Positions 11,231-24,700 of a DNA stretch of 64,000 nt are shown piece by piece. Under the pieces are notes generated by a model. It was not told the origin of the DNA and did no database searches. It was given only the letters and a program-made list of their open reading frames with translations. Origin of the DNA: Paraspadella gotoi (lineage: Eukaryota > Animalia > Chaetognatha); assembly GCA_051294375.1 (NCBI GenBank), contig CM119268.1, positions 8,303,008 through 8,367,007 on the forward strand, written 5' to 3'. Each line of letters begins with the position of its first letter. The stretch's first letter is position 1. A program made the translations under genes and the position numbers.

Positions 11231-11239
11231 TGGGGGGCA
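11231..11239 (+). promoter_or_regulatory. Polypurine tract (TGGGGGGCA)
   Basis: G-run immediately 5' of the 3' LTR. Confidence 0.7.
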
Positions 11240-11430
11240 TGTAGCTTCCAAATCCCTGGCACCAAAATTATTTTAACATCTCGCCGTCTTTTGTTCCCGA
11301 TATATCACATAGATTAATATGGCTCCTCCTGTGATTAATCCTTTATTATTTACCTTTCATCTGGCTCTATATTCCGATGTTCTCTCAGTTCGATTTTATC
11401 TCGGTGCCAGGGTGTTCCTCTAATATCACA
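11240..11430 (+). repeat. 3' LTR (~191 bp)
   Basis: Reads TGTAGCTTCC...ATATCACA. Differs from the 5' LTR mainly by 1-2 bp indels. Confidence 0.95.
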
Positions 11431-12719
11431 AATATATCGTCGTAGCAGCTTTCGACTCGCGCCTATTTTCTCAGACGCAATCTTCTCTAATGACGAAAGA
11501 CATAGAAAGGAAAGAAGAGAAACGTAAATTAAAAGAAGAATTGAACGGCGATAATAAAAAAAAAAGGAAAAAGAAAATTAAAGGAAGACGAGAAAGAAAG
11601 TGGGAAACAAATAAGGACAGGCGAAGATTACAAATGGGAACAGTCATTTCAATGAGAGACGAGGGGCTGCGGCCGAAGATGTAAAACGAATCTTATTCTT
11701 TATAATTAAAGGAAGTGTGAGGAAAATTGATACGAATTTTCACATTCAACAAAACTCAAGACGTTAAAAACGATATTATAAATTTAGAATTTATAAAAAA
11801 GGTCTTGTATATTTTAAAATAATTTTGTTACTAAATATTTAATTGATAATATTTATTATTCAAATGGATTCCCAAAGGACTGCAATTTTTTTCCCCGTTT
11901 ATGTAATTAAAGTTAGACTTTAAAACCTCGCTCACGAAGAAAACAATTTTTTCTTCTCATTTTCAAGATGCGATTTTTTATTCAATCAGTTTCTATTTTA
12001 GTGATTATTCGCCGCTGAGTTGCTCTTTTTGTTTATTGCTTACTTCCGGTCGTCCTTTTTTTTTCTATATTGACTCTTTCTACTTCTGGTTTATTATACC
12101 ATCTACTTCCGCCTCTTTTTCTTTACCAATTATTTTCTTCTTTTTTTTCTCTTTTCCACTAAATCTCTCATTTCAATCTTTGTATTCCCCACGTCTTCGA
12201 TTTTCTCCCTTTAACATTCTTCCTTCCTTTTTCTTCCTTCACGAACTCATTCTTTATTTATCACTAACCCGGTTTTTTTCCTTCCCATTTCTTCACCTTC
12301 GTATCTAGCGATTGTTCTCTTTTTCTCTTTCCTTTTTTTTTCTTTTTGGTCAAAAGTCTTTCTTCCTTTGACTCCCCCCCAGGCGTCGATATCTTTTCTG
12401 TTACCGCTTCCTCCCTTTCCCTAGCCCCCCCCCCCCACATCGCGAACCTCTCCAAAATCGTTCTTATCTTTCTCGGTCAATTTTTCACAGCTTTTTGCCC
12501 TCGCGATGTTTTATTGCTCGTCTCTTCCTGCCTCTCCATTTCATTGCTCTTTTTTTTTCTCTATTTTTTTCCTCGACCGCGCCTCTACCGTCAACTCCCG
12601 GAATAATTCAAGTTTTTTTTTTTTTCTCGCTCGGGTCGAGAATTTGTGAACTTCACGAGAGGTTGAACGCCACTCGAGCGAAAGCGGGCTTTGCGGTCGG
12701 GAAGGAAACCGACGAAATA

Positions 12720-12768
<49 letters not shown>

Positions 12769-14327
12769 TCGAGAACTATGGTATTTACTATGGATGATAA
12801 TAATTATGAATCTAAGGTGATACTGAGAATCTGAGGATGATCGCTTTGAACCTTGTTTTATCATAAAGTAATTGCCGTCTCGAGTCTTTTAATATTTCTT
12901 ATGATACAAAAGAAACAAAGGAACAACGGAATTTATTTAAAAAAAGAAAGAATTTCCGTCTCGCGAAATGAAAGATGGCCGCCGACGGATGACGCGAGGA
13001 AATCGAAGAGGAAATAAGGAGAAAAGAATGAAGCGGAGGAAATCTGAAGGGAGAATGAAAGAGACGAAATGAGGTTGAGAAATGAAAAAGAAGAAAGATG
13101 GGAAAGAAATCATCCGGAACTTCCTTTTTTCGAGTTTTGATCGACGGCAAATTCGGAATGACGTCGTTGTTATGGTGGTTGTGGTCGAGGTGTGGGCTTT
13201 TGAGGCCCATATCGTTGTGGTCGTGGTGGTGATTGTTGTTGTTAAGGTGGAACTTGCTGTTGGGGTAGTTTTCATTAATGTCGTGGTTACTGTTAGTATA
13301 GCAACGGTGGCGGCGTCGGTGACGATAATATTGTATTGTTTTAGGTGATTGTTTTCTTGTTTTCCTCGTCGTTGTTTTCATCAGCGTTAATTTTAAAATT
13401 TCTCCCGCTCGACGCTGATTGTTCACTTTTCATTGTTAAACTTTATGTCTCCCATCCTCGATCGGAATTAACGGCCTCTGTCGGATGAAAGAGGAAGCTG
13501 AGTCGGGAACTGGAGAAAAAAAAACAAAAAGCTAAACTACGTAAATCAACTCGAATGACGACAACGATAAGGATGTGGAATAGAAGAATTTCGATGAATT
13601 TCGATGAATGAGATGGAAAAGAAATGGATTTGATGAAATGGAATGAGGAAGATCCTGAAGAAATACATTGTACGAAAGATTAGGGAATGAAAAATGAAAT
13701 ACAGAAGGATTAAGAGGAGGAAGAGGGAAGAGGAAGATTAGCGAGGAAGATTAGGGAGGAAAATGAAGATTGTTAAGTCTCTTTGCAAGCACGGGGTTGT
13801 TTCGATATTTGAAAAAAAGTAAATCGCTGTGGGTTGCAGAACAAAATTTTTTAATTTTTAAAAGAAATTAAAGTATTTATGAATTTAAATTGCAAATGTT
13901 TAATGGGTTTTTTTTCTTCGAGATAAAACAAATAAAACTTTAATAATAAATTATAACTCGAAATATATCGAACAATGAATACAATATAAAACAATAGGTC
14001 GAATAGAAAAAAAAACTTTCGGGAAAAAAAATTTGCTTAATTAAAAATGGAAAGAGAAATGAAAGAACAAAAAAAAAAAATAAAAAATAGAAAAGACGGA
14101 AAGCTAAGATTAAATGAGAGGAAGGGAGGAAAGATCGGAAGTTAGGAGAGAAATAAAAAGGCAATAGAAGAAAGAAGAAAAGGTAGGAAGAAGGAGAGAG
14201 AAGGGAGGAATTTGGTAAAGTCGAGATGAGAGGGAGTCAAAAAGAAAAAAAAAGAGGAATGATTGAACGAGGACTCAACGGAAAAAAAAACTTCTCTGGT
14301 GAACCCTGTTTCATTGAAGCGATCAAG

Positions 14328-14490
14328 TGCGATCAAATGGATGAAACGATCACAAAAAGGCCAAATGCGATCAAATGGATGAAACGATCACAAAAAGGCC
14401 AAATGCGATCAAATGGATTTAACGATCACAAAAGGCCAAATGCGATCAAATGGATGAAACGATCACAAAAAGGCCAAATGCGGTCAAAAA
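14328..14490. repeat. 38-bp tandem repeat (~4.3 copies)
   Basis: TGCGATCAAATGGATGAAACGATCACAAAAAGGCCAAA units start at 14328, 14366, 14404, 14441 and 14479 (partial). Confidence 0.9.
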
Positions 14491-14494
14491 CGTC

Positions 14495-14820
14495 GAGGTA
14501 GCGACTGGCAAGGACGTGTCTATTAGTTGCTTTGTCGATGTGGCGACTGGCAAATTTGTTGCTTTGTCGACATAGAAAATGGCAGGGGGGTGTCTGTTCG
14601 TTGCTTTGTCGATGTGGCGACTGGGAAAGGAATTTCAAATTATAGGGTTGTTGAAGTGGCAACTGGCAAGGGGGTGTATACATTCATTGGTTTTTTTTGT
14701 TGTTGTAACAACAGGCAAGGGAGTGTCAATTCATTGCTTTGTTGATGTGAAGACTGGCAAGGGCTTCGTAATCAATTGCTGTCGAGGTGTCTTGAAAAGG
14801 GGTGTTAACTGGTAACTTTT
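14495..14820. repeat. Degenerate ~40-45 bp tandem repeat
   Basis: Recurring TTGCTTTGTCGATGTGGCGACTGGCAAGGG core. Confidence 0.75.
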
Positions 14821-17094
14821 ATTCGCATTGACTCTGTTCAGACTATGTTGTAGATTTGTTTTATGACCTTTTCATGTTTTTTTTAATGTTTGTATTGTCT
14901 CCTATTGAGTGTTGATTATTTGTTGCCAGTTAACAGACCTTGTCAACCCTTCCCGTCATCAGAAATTCAAGAATCCATGATCAGAATTTTTTTTTTTTTG
15001 GAATCTCGAATAAATTAGACTAAATTAAATTAGAGTCCGAAATTAAAAGAAGAGGAGAAAGCTTTAAAAAACACAAAAAGAAAAAAAAAGAAAAAAATCC
15101 GGAAGCGGTTTCCCTTTTGTTCGGAATTTCCCGATGGGTTTCGAGCGCCTCTTCATTATTTTTAAAAAAATTTTCATAAAGAAATTCTCGGAATTCTCAT
15201 CAAGGATTTTTTAAAAAAATTTTCAAAGATAAAATATTTCCAAGTTCGAAAAGCGGTTGAATATTTAAATTTAAAAAACAAAAAAGGGGAAAGAGAAAAA
15301 CTTGAACGACGATAGAGTGAAGTTTGTGGCCGACAAAGGCTTTATTAAAAACATTAGCAAAATTTATCGGAAATGTCAAGGACGATGGTGAAAATATTCT
15401 AGTCTTGAGAAAAATGGAGTTAGTTGGTTACGAGTTAGTTCGTTACTGCCGCCACAATTCGTAGTAAAATTATCCTCTTAGAGTAGAGCAGTTACGTACA
15501 TTAGCATTACAAAAATAGTAAACTGTATAAGACCCTCTAAAATGTAACTGTTATCTTTGTTGTTTGCGACAGATAATAACAGTTTCAATGATCAAGTTTC
15601 CATAATAATATCCTGGTAATACCAGGATAATGAAAACGAGAATAAAACATTTTAAAGTATTTTTCTTTGCAAAATCAATCAAGAAAATGCTGAAAATCTA
15701 TTGTGACCGAAAGTCACAAGAATCTCATCGACGATGGACTGTGACGTCAGAATCGTGAATCCGTTTGTCCGTGATCGAGCGTGAGAGGAATTCCGGTGAA
15801 CAGTGTCGAAGGACGACGCGTCAAAGCTGCTAATCAGTGAAACAAATCCGTGAATCTTAAATTCAAATCTTGTGAAACGAAAGAAATTCCGTGTTGAGGC
15901 GACCGTCTCGTCGCAGAATTTTTTTCTAAACTGAAAATGGAGTCGCTGAAAAAAAAGGTTAACCAAGAGAAATAGTAGTAAAGAAAAATTTTAAGAACTC
16001 TTCTCAAAATATAAAAAAACATGACATATATAACACATGAAAGCTCTCTGCTTTCAATTTTCATTTTTGTATTTTGTATTTTGTTTCAATGATGACCATA
16101 CAATTGCTTGACATCTAATTCTTCAGAATGAGTAACATTGTTGTTTTCCTTTTTCCTTTCAGAAAAAAAACAAACATATTTTGTTAATTGCGAAAGTAAA
16201 CAACACGAAAAAAAAAAAATGAAAAGAGCAGGATTTAAAATCACGGATTCTTATCGAAACGTAAAAAAACAGTCAAAAGAAACTCGGGGAAATGGTAAAA
16301 ATTGTCCCAAGAAAAAAATTTTTTTCAAAAAATATTCCAGATTTCAGGTGAGGGAATTTCGGCGCGCCATCAAAACCCCATCAGCGTCGACGCGTGGCCC
16401 GCTCTCGTCGTGGAAACGGGAAGCTTCCGGTTGGAATGTTTTGAGGAGCGTGGGGTGAAGTGCGGGGGGGAGGGAGGGGGGAGTGAGAGGAGGAGATGTA
16501 AAGCGGATACAGGGGTGAGAGGTAAGGGTGAAGGTGAAGGTGAGAGGGTGAGAGGGTGAGAGTAAGGGCTTGCAAATCATATCAAAATGAAAAGTGATAC
16601 GATGAGAAGGCTGAAGGGTGAAATAGAGACTGTGGATTGAAGATAATGGACTCAGAAAAAAAAATATTAGTTGGGAAGGGGGCCCCCCAAAAAAAAACCA
16701 ACTAAAAGTTGAACCACGAATATGGAAATGGTAGATTTGCGAATATGACGAGGAAAGAGAGAGAGGAGGGGAAATGATGAGAGTGTTGAAAGGACAGAAA
16801 AAAAAGGAAAGAAAAAGAGAAAAAGAAGGAAAATGTAATGCGAAACGTCAAAGGAGTTTTTAAGTCTTGGCTGGATGATGGACAGCAATGCAGAATAAGA
16901 AATGTTTTATGAATTGTTTCTTTGATTAATAATTTTCTCGTGCGTGTTCTTAAAAAGTAAAGATGTAATTTCAAGAGAGAAACAAATATTTTATGTAGAG
17001 TTGCGGAGCGGAGAATGGATGAAAAAAAAAGTCCCAATTTTTGAAGTAATTATGAGTTATGATAAAAGAACATTCAAATCACGGATAAAAGAAA

Positions 17095-17152
<58 letters not shown>

Positions 17153-17485
17153 GCGGCCGGGAGAACCACTCGAATATTTTCAATATCAATATTTCTTTGA
17201 GTATGACTTTCTCATTCTCTCATACGCTATTTTTTGAAACCCTTTTCCAGAATTTTTCCAAAGCAATCAGCCTTCATGTCCGTAGCTTATTGCTGTCTGC
17301 AACGTCTTGACGGATTGAAGACTCCCTAGTTGCAGAAGAAATGCGCCTAAAATAGCAGCTTTCGGTTTAGGGGGTCTGCTTGAAATGGCAGGTGAAATTG
17401 CTATTATTGCCTTGTCCGTTTCCTTGTTACTCTTCGCACTTACATACGAGTTATGGCCAGAGAGAATTTGAAAGGGAACATAAGG

Positions 17486-17533
<48 letters not shown>

Positions 17534-18750
17534 AATATATGGGAAACGTCAAAGAGGATCATGAGAAATGGAGGCTTTTATGATCGATTTTGGGAAATCG
17601 TTTCGAATTCTTGTGCAACTCGGATTTTCCGCCGCTTGCCGATCGGAAAGTCCAGAGTTCGAGGCGCAGTAATAGTGCACTGTTTAAACAAATCCGGATA
17701 AAGGGTTAGGGAACAGTTGGCGTCATGGTAGTCCCTTATTTCCGATTCCTTTACTATATTATCTCTTATCTTTGATTACTGCTTCCCCTTTCCTGCCCTC
17801 CCTCTCTTTCTAACTCTCTGCCCCTCTTTCTCCCGCCAATCATTATATTTCTTTCCCTTTTTTTTGACTCTCCTTCATTTTTCAATCATCCCACCCATTT
17901 ATTCTTCCGTATCCCCTTTCCTTTTCTCTTTTTCTTCGCCTACTTTTTCTTCCTTTCCTCCAAACCTCTTTTTCTCTCCTCCTTCCTCCCTTTCCTCCCA
18001 TTTCCCGCCCATAAACACGCAAAAAAATGGAGCACTAATGGGCGCGTCGCCGGAAGTCGAGCGGCTGAATCGTCTGAGCGGAAGGCGAGGATCGTCGTGC
18101 GCGTCCAACCGCCGGGATTTCCGCAGAAAACATAACCCGTGACCGTGAACTGTCGACGGCGTATGTCATCTTAATAAAGTTCACGCCCCGGGGGATCACG
18201 TCATGAGATTATTTTTATATCGTCTAAAATAATTAGTTTAACTAATTGTATAAAATTTACTGAATCATTTATTTAAAAAAATTTATTGGCTAAAAAAATA
18301 TTATAGTATAAACAAACTAATTTTTTCCCCTAAGGTGATTAAGAATAAGAGTAAATTATAAAGATTAAAATATATATTTTTTTAAAGTAATAGTACCTAT
18401 GCATTACAATATAAAAAAAGCACCTTAGAATTATACATATCATTAAATAAATTGTTTTTTAAAAAAGAAGCCGCTCAACCGCTCATCCACTCACCCCGCG
18501 GGGAGACCTTTTTAGACGACGACATAACTCGATGACCCCAACGATCTCCTTTTTTTTTCGCCGCAGAGAAACTTTAAACGATTTCGGGAGATGCTGAGTT
18601 GGAAGGCGACCGAGGCTGAGGATCGACAACGCCCTCTTTCCTTTTTTTTCGGTAGGAGGCGTTTTACGATCAAAACAAAAGAACAAGTTGTGACGAAAAT
18701 AGAGAGTTTAGAACGAGAAGACGATTGCAAGATATGGTACGGTTTGTGCG

Positions 18751-18805
<55 letters not shown>

Positions 18806-19249
18806 CTCTCATTCTGTCTGAATCTTATTTATTTTTTACCGAAATCTATATCCAGGACGATACAGAATAGAGAGGGATCCCTTTCAAATTTTTATCGAGC
18901 TAATGCGGATTTCGTTTTTCGGCGGCTCGAGTGATGATGCTGTCATTGCTCACTTTGCAATGTTCCATTGCAGCATTAATATCATTCCTTTTTCCATCAC
19001 GACCCAGTTAAACGCCGCCGGGGAGCATCATGGACGATTGACCCTCACTTTTCCTCTCCTTAATTAACCACCCCTCCCCCACCACCTCGACCCCCTATAT
19101 CACGAACCCCCGCGATCATAAAGACCAACTTAATTGTCATAGTGAGACTCGAATAAAAACATCACGACGTCGAAAGGCTCTTGGGACTCGTGGAGTTTTA
19201 TTCCCCACTTTGATTCCAATTGAGTTAATAACAAGAAGATTTTGAGGTC

Positions 19250-19483
19250 AATCTGTATCAACGTCGTTTTGTAAGCATCATTCCGCTTACTCCTGATTTC
19301 TTTAAATATTTTGGACGTACAATGTTTGATTTTTTTTCTTGAGTGTACAAACGGATTGAGCAGGTAATGCTTCAAGCTCAGAAATCTGACAATCCAGATG
19401 ATAATCTGATAGTTCAAATATGGAAGAATTAAATTTTTTATTGTCTCGATCTCTTCGGGGTCGCATAGCTGTAATAAAACCAA
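19250..19483 (-). pseudogene. Decayed non-LTR retrotransposon ORF2 C-terminal fragment
   Basis: QLCDPEEIETIKNLILPYLNY..SKIFKEIRSKR resembles the eroded CxxC-x-E(T/D)xxH-x-L-x-C C-terminal motif of LINE RT proteins. This is resemblance only. Confidence 0.4.
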
Positions 19484-19883
19484 AAGATGTTAAAATTGTC
19501 GATGTTGAGGTTTCGTTAAATAGGTTAGTTATATATAATAGTTAGATTTGGTTAGTGAGAAAGATAAAATTTATCAGACAGGTTTGTCTTAAGTTGTTAA
19601 GCTTTTGATTCCGACGGTGTAACGAATGTAAATTAACGTAACGTGTCGTAAACAATTCATTCGGCAATAAGCTTCCATCGTCCACCGAGCACTGTGATCA
19701 AAGAAGAAAAGACAGCGCTGTGACGTCGCGAGAGACGCTGCCGTGACGTAGCATCGCCGAATCTTTGACGTTGCAGCGTCGCAGCGGTGACGCCACGGCG
19801 ACGCGGCGACTTTGTAACGCAGCAATTAATCACGACGAAGGTCGAGTTCTGACGTCGTGGAAGAAACGACGATTGCTTCTTCT

Positions 19884-19918
<35 letters not shown>

Positions 19919-20497
19919 CTTTTCACGGTTTTTTTTTTCTCATAAAAACGACACTAACAAGTGACAACTGCAAAGCGCAATCTCGTTGCCTCATTGATCT
20001 CTTAATTGCAATTCCCATCGTTTGTTGCTCGAAGATATCGGAAGAGAGACTCTTTCCGCTCTTTGCTTTTCTTACTATTCAGCACAAACTGTCGAGTTCC
20101 CCGATTTTTTCGCCTCATTCAGCGTGCAATGCCATGTGAGATTCCGCGGGTCAGGCGAGATTCCATACACCGTCGGAGATGGAATCTCACCATCTTTCAT
20201 GCCTTCGTGATCGTTCATCCTTTACGGCCTTGAGTTCTGGATTCACGAAATGTCACGCGCTTGTCACTCCCAATTCTTTCGGCTACGGTTGAGCGTTCAT
20301 ACGAACGATATTTCGAGATTTGCCGCTAGAGGCGACTCGATTAGGGGCTTTTTCTGTCAGTACGTCTGGATGAGTTTCATAGCAAAGAACTCACTCGCAA
20401 CAAAAAAGGGTTGTACTTTTAATAAAACCCCAAAAAAAAACCGTCGGCAAAAGACTTTCTTTTGTTTATAATATTGTGTAGCACCGACCGGGAGACT

Positions 20498-21760
20498 CTT
20501 CTGAGTTGCGCTCAGTTGTTTTTGTCTTTCCTTTACAGAAATATCCTCTCTTCTTTTTAAGATTTCAGATTTCTGAATGAATCCGTCTAGGATTTTTTGC
20601 GAATCATTCCTCTATATGCTTGCATATACAAATAAACTGAAATAGTTAAATACCTTTAAATAATATTTCCGTTTAATCTCTACCTGCAATCGCTTCGAAT
20701 TTCTTTGCTTATTTCGCTTCACTTCGCTGACGTTTTCGTCCATTGGGTTTCAACTCTTTCCATCTGCCTTCATTGCTGGAATTTAGTCGGTTCTTGCCCC
20801 TCGCAGTCTTGCAGGGTCCGTTACGAAGCCTTTTCCTTCGCTCATAATATCTTTCTTATTGTTAATATGTCCATAATATTGTTTTCAAAATCGTTTAAAT
20901 CTTGCTTATTGTCTAATTGTCAAAAATTGTCTCTTTTATTTAGAAAAAAAAAAATTCTTTAGCCTTTTCTCCCAGAAATTCTTAGTTTTTCGCTATACGT
21001 TTTCCGGTCTTTTATTGATACTCGTTCCAGTTAAGTATTTTTTTCATCTTTTTTTCGTTTTTCCATTTTCTTGTCCATCTTCGCGAAATTTTGTTAATCT
21101 TTCTTTGCAATCTCTCTCTCTTGCGAATTGCGAGTGTCATTCCTTCCNNNNNNNNNNNNNNNNNNNNNNNNNATATTACGCATTGTTATGCTGAATGACC
21201 TTTCCTCTTAAGCTTTAATTCTTTTTCCCCTCTTCTCCTTCTGAGTTGCGCTCAGTTGTTTTTGTCTTTCCTTTACAGAAATATCCTCTCTTCTTTTTAA
21301 GATTTTCAGATTTCTGGAATGAATCCGTCTAGGATTTTTTGCGAATCATTCCTCTATATGTTTGCTATACAATTAAACTAAAATACTTAAAATACCTTTA
21401 AAAATATTTCCGTTTAATCTCTACCTGCAATCGCTTCGAATTTCTTTGCTTCATTCGCTTCACTTCGCTGACGTTTTCGTCCATTGGGTTTCAACTCTTC
21501 CATCTGCTTCATTGCTGGAATTTCCTTTGCCCTCGCAGTCCTGCAGAGTCGTTACCTTTTTCTTCGCTTCATAATTCTTCTTTAGCTTTTTTTCGTCCCA
21601 AAATTCTTATTTTTTCGCTATACGTTTTCGGTCTTATTGATATCGTTCCAGTTATATTTTTTCAATCTTTTTTTCGTTTTTCCATTTCTTGTCATCTTCC
21701 CGAAATTTTGTTATCTTTCCTTGCAATCTCTCTTCTCTTTCGAATCGAGTTCATTCCTCT
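20498..21760. repeat. Local duplication across a 25-N gap (20498-21147 vs 21238-21760)
   Basis: Both copies begin CTTCTGAGTTGCGCTCAG. They differ by many small indels and one larger deletion. Confidence 0.85.
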
Positions 21761-24700
21761 TCTAANNNNNNNNNNNNNNNNNNNNNNNNNNNNNNNNNNN
21801 NNNNNNNNNNNNNNNNNNNNNNNNNNNNNNNNNNNNNNNNNNNNNNNNNNNNNNNNNNNNNNNNNNNNNNNNNNNNNNNNNNNNNNNNNNNNNNNNNNNN
21901 NNNNNNNNNNNNNNNNNNNNNNNNNNNNNNNNNNNNNNNNNNNNNNNNNNNNNNNNNNNNNNNNNNNNNNNNNNNNNNNNCCGCCGAAAGAGCTCTTCGC
22001 CTCTATCTCATCGCCTCACACACCCGTCCCCGCTCCACATTATATTGCAACGCCCTCCAATCCCACCTTTCCCTCGCCCTACTCACCCCTTTTCTCCAAG
22101 GTTCTTCAAAACGTGAAATGGGCGGAGAACTAGAGTGAACTCACTCGAAAAAGACTTCGATTTTTGGAAGCGAAGGGTGAGAGAGTTCGTGATTTAAAGA
22201 TGGCGCAAAGTCGCGATGAAAAAAAAGGATCATCCGAGAGAGATCATTTCCAAGAACTTCACAAATGAGTTTAACAGTTGATAAATTTATATCTTTATAA
22301 ATAAAGTTTTGCTGTCAGCAAACCGGGGAATGACTTACTAGTTACTACTATACCATCGATTCTATTGTAATAACATGTACAATATTTTTCAACATTGTAC
22401 ATTTTATTTAAAGTATTATTTCATCCCACTGACAGTTTGCGTTTTTACCCCAGGCAATGTAACTGGAAACGGCGAAGATAAAATGTAATAAGATCGAATA
22501 AAATCGAATGAACCGGAGGAGGAAGAGAACATTTTTGAGGTAACTTTAAAAATTGCATTGGCGTGTAAAGTGAGACGCCTCCCGGCTTAATGTGACTGCC
22601 ATCACAGGCAAATTCTGTGAGAAAAGAAGGGACGGGAAAAGGAAAGGAAAAGAAAAGGAACGCTAAGTGATAGATGTCACAACCTCGGAAGCGACTAAGG
22701 TAACACAAAAATTTTTTTTAGTTGTCGCGAATAACGACTGTGCCGATATGATTTGGGCCATCTACCGTAAAGGCGAGGACGGCGAGGCGACGAAAGGCGC
22801 TGACGGCGACAAACGACGTTGACGCAAAGGGGGCGTGGCCAACTGGCCACTTACCACAGCCTTAACGACGGACGTAGAGAGAAAACGCTTCCGATGTATC
22901 ACAGTCAAAAGTCGATTATTAGTTGGACGACAGCCGACTGACTAGATCCGGCAAGACTGAGTGGATAAGTGACAGGACGGCCATAAACAATCGGCCAAGT
23001 CGTTCACCCTGTTTGTGAATTTGTAATGGGCGTTGTGGTTTCTCCTGGCGCTGCACACAGCGACTTTGTTGTTGTTGAGGTTGACAATATTTGATTAGTG
23101 ACTCCGCTTCCCTAGCAAAGTTGCTTTTTAATGCCAGGAAGGAAAGCATCCTTTCAATCCAGACTCCCACGTTCGCCGGTCGAGTTTGAAAAAGTGCAAG
23201 CGGCCATCTTTGACTGGACGAGACAGGCGAGACGAGGAAAGTTGACAAAGGAGATAAAACGACGACGACGACGACGACGACGACGNNNNNNNNNNNNNNN
23301 NNNNNNNNNNNNNNNNNNNNNNNNNNNNNNNNNNNNNNNNNNNNNNNNNNNNNNNNNNNNNNNNNNNNNNNNNNNNNNNNNNNNNNNNNNNNNNNNNNNN
23401 NNNNNNNNNNNNNNNNNNNNNNNNNNNNNNNNNNNNNNNNNNNNNNNNNNNNNNNNNNNNNNNNNNNNNNNNNNNNNNNNNNNNNNNNNNNNNNNNNNNN
23501 NNNNNNNNNNNNNNNNNNNNNNNNNNNNNNNNNNNNNNNNNNNNNNNNNNNNNNNNNNNNNNNNNNNNNNNNNNNNNNNNNNNNNNNNNNNNNNNNNNNN
23601 NNNNNNNNNNNNNNNNNNNNNNNNNNNNNNNNNNNNNNNNNNAAATAAATAAAGTTTATGGTCTTATTCGTAAAATTTTTCCGAAATTTAACTGAGTCAG
23701 TTTTTCAGCTCCAGCTAAAAGTAATATTATTTTTTTTATTTTAAATAACAATGTTCACCCGAAAAAAAAACCTCACTCCGGCGGTTAGCTTCGATATCGC
23801 CTCCATCACGTTCGTCTCCCATTTTCTTTCGAGTCGCGATCCTAATCCCTCTTTCGTCTGCCACCCAAATCTCAGTTTCTTTCGGCTTTGTCTTTCTGCC
23901 CGATTCTTGCACGCCGATTTTCGATTCTCGACGTGCCATTCGCGATTCTAGACATTCGATTTTGGATTCTTGACATTCGAATTTTCGATTCTTTACGCAG
24001 GATTCTCGATTTTGGATCGAGGGAAAAAATTATTAACGATTTATAATTATTGAATAACTTTTTAAGGTATCTAATTATGCTAATTACCGTATTTACATAC
24101 TCCAATTTCCGATACTCGATTTTTGGATTCTTGACCAAGTCTCCAGAGTCGATCNNNNNNNNNNNNNNNNNNNNNNNNNNNNNNNNNNNNNNNNNNNNNN
24201 NNNNNNNNNNNNNNNNNNNNNNNNNNNNNNNNNNNNNNNNNNNNNNNNNNNNNNNNNNNNNNNNNNNNNNNNNNNNNNNNNNNNNNNNNNNNNNNNNNNN
24301 NNNNNNNNNNNNNNNNNNNNNNNNNNNNNNNNNNNNNNNNNNNNNNNNNNNNNNNNNNNNNNNTTAGTTACTCAGGTTAACTGGTGTCTCATTATTTTTT
24401 GAGATTTTTTTGAGCGGTCGTGTCATATATATCAAAAGGCGTATCTACCAGCAATTGTTTTAATTTTCTAATAAGAAGAATCACAGTAACAAATTTCTGA
24501 TTATCTGGCCTGCCTCTCTCGACACTCAATACGTTTTTTCTAAGTTTATAATACGTTGTGAGCGTGCGTAGTTACTACTTTCTTATTTTCTCGCATTTGT
24601 TGACATTGCCCCCAAAAATCGACTTTGCTCCCGATGTCATGGCGTGTGGTCGGCGCTGATTTCATAAACGTTATATCTTTACTGATTTAATCTCATTTTC

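Larger units (their letters stand above)
5397..11430 (+). mobile_element. Full-length Ty3/gypsy LTR retrotransposon, CsRn1/Kabuki/Boudicca-like clade (~6.0 kb)
   Basis: Direct-repeat LTRs at 5397-5593 and 11240-11430 begin TG and end CA. The 4-bp TSD AATA is at 5393-5396 and 11431-11434. A PBS follows the 5' LTR and a G-run PPT precedes the 3' LTR. Gag is followed by pol in PR-RT-RH-IN order. Confidence 0.97.

Noticed and set aside
14328-14490. 38-bp repeats as a CRISPR array
   Set aside because: Head-to-tail units with no unique spacers, no cas genes, and a eukaryotic context.
23004-23025. CACCCTGTTTGTGAATTTGT resembles miR-10 (UACCCUGUAGAUCCGAAUUUGU)
   Set aside because: The middle differs and is shorter, and I see no complementary star arm or hairpin on either side.
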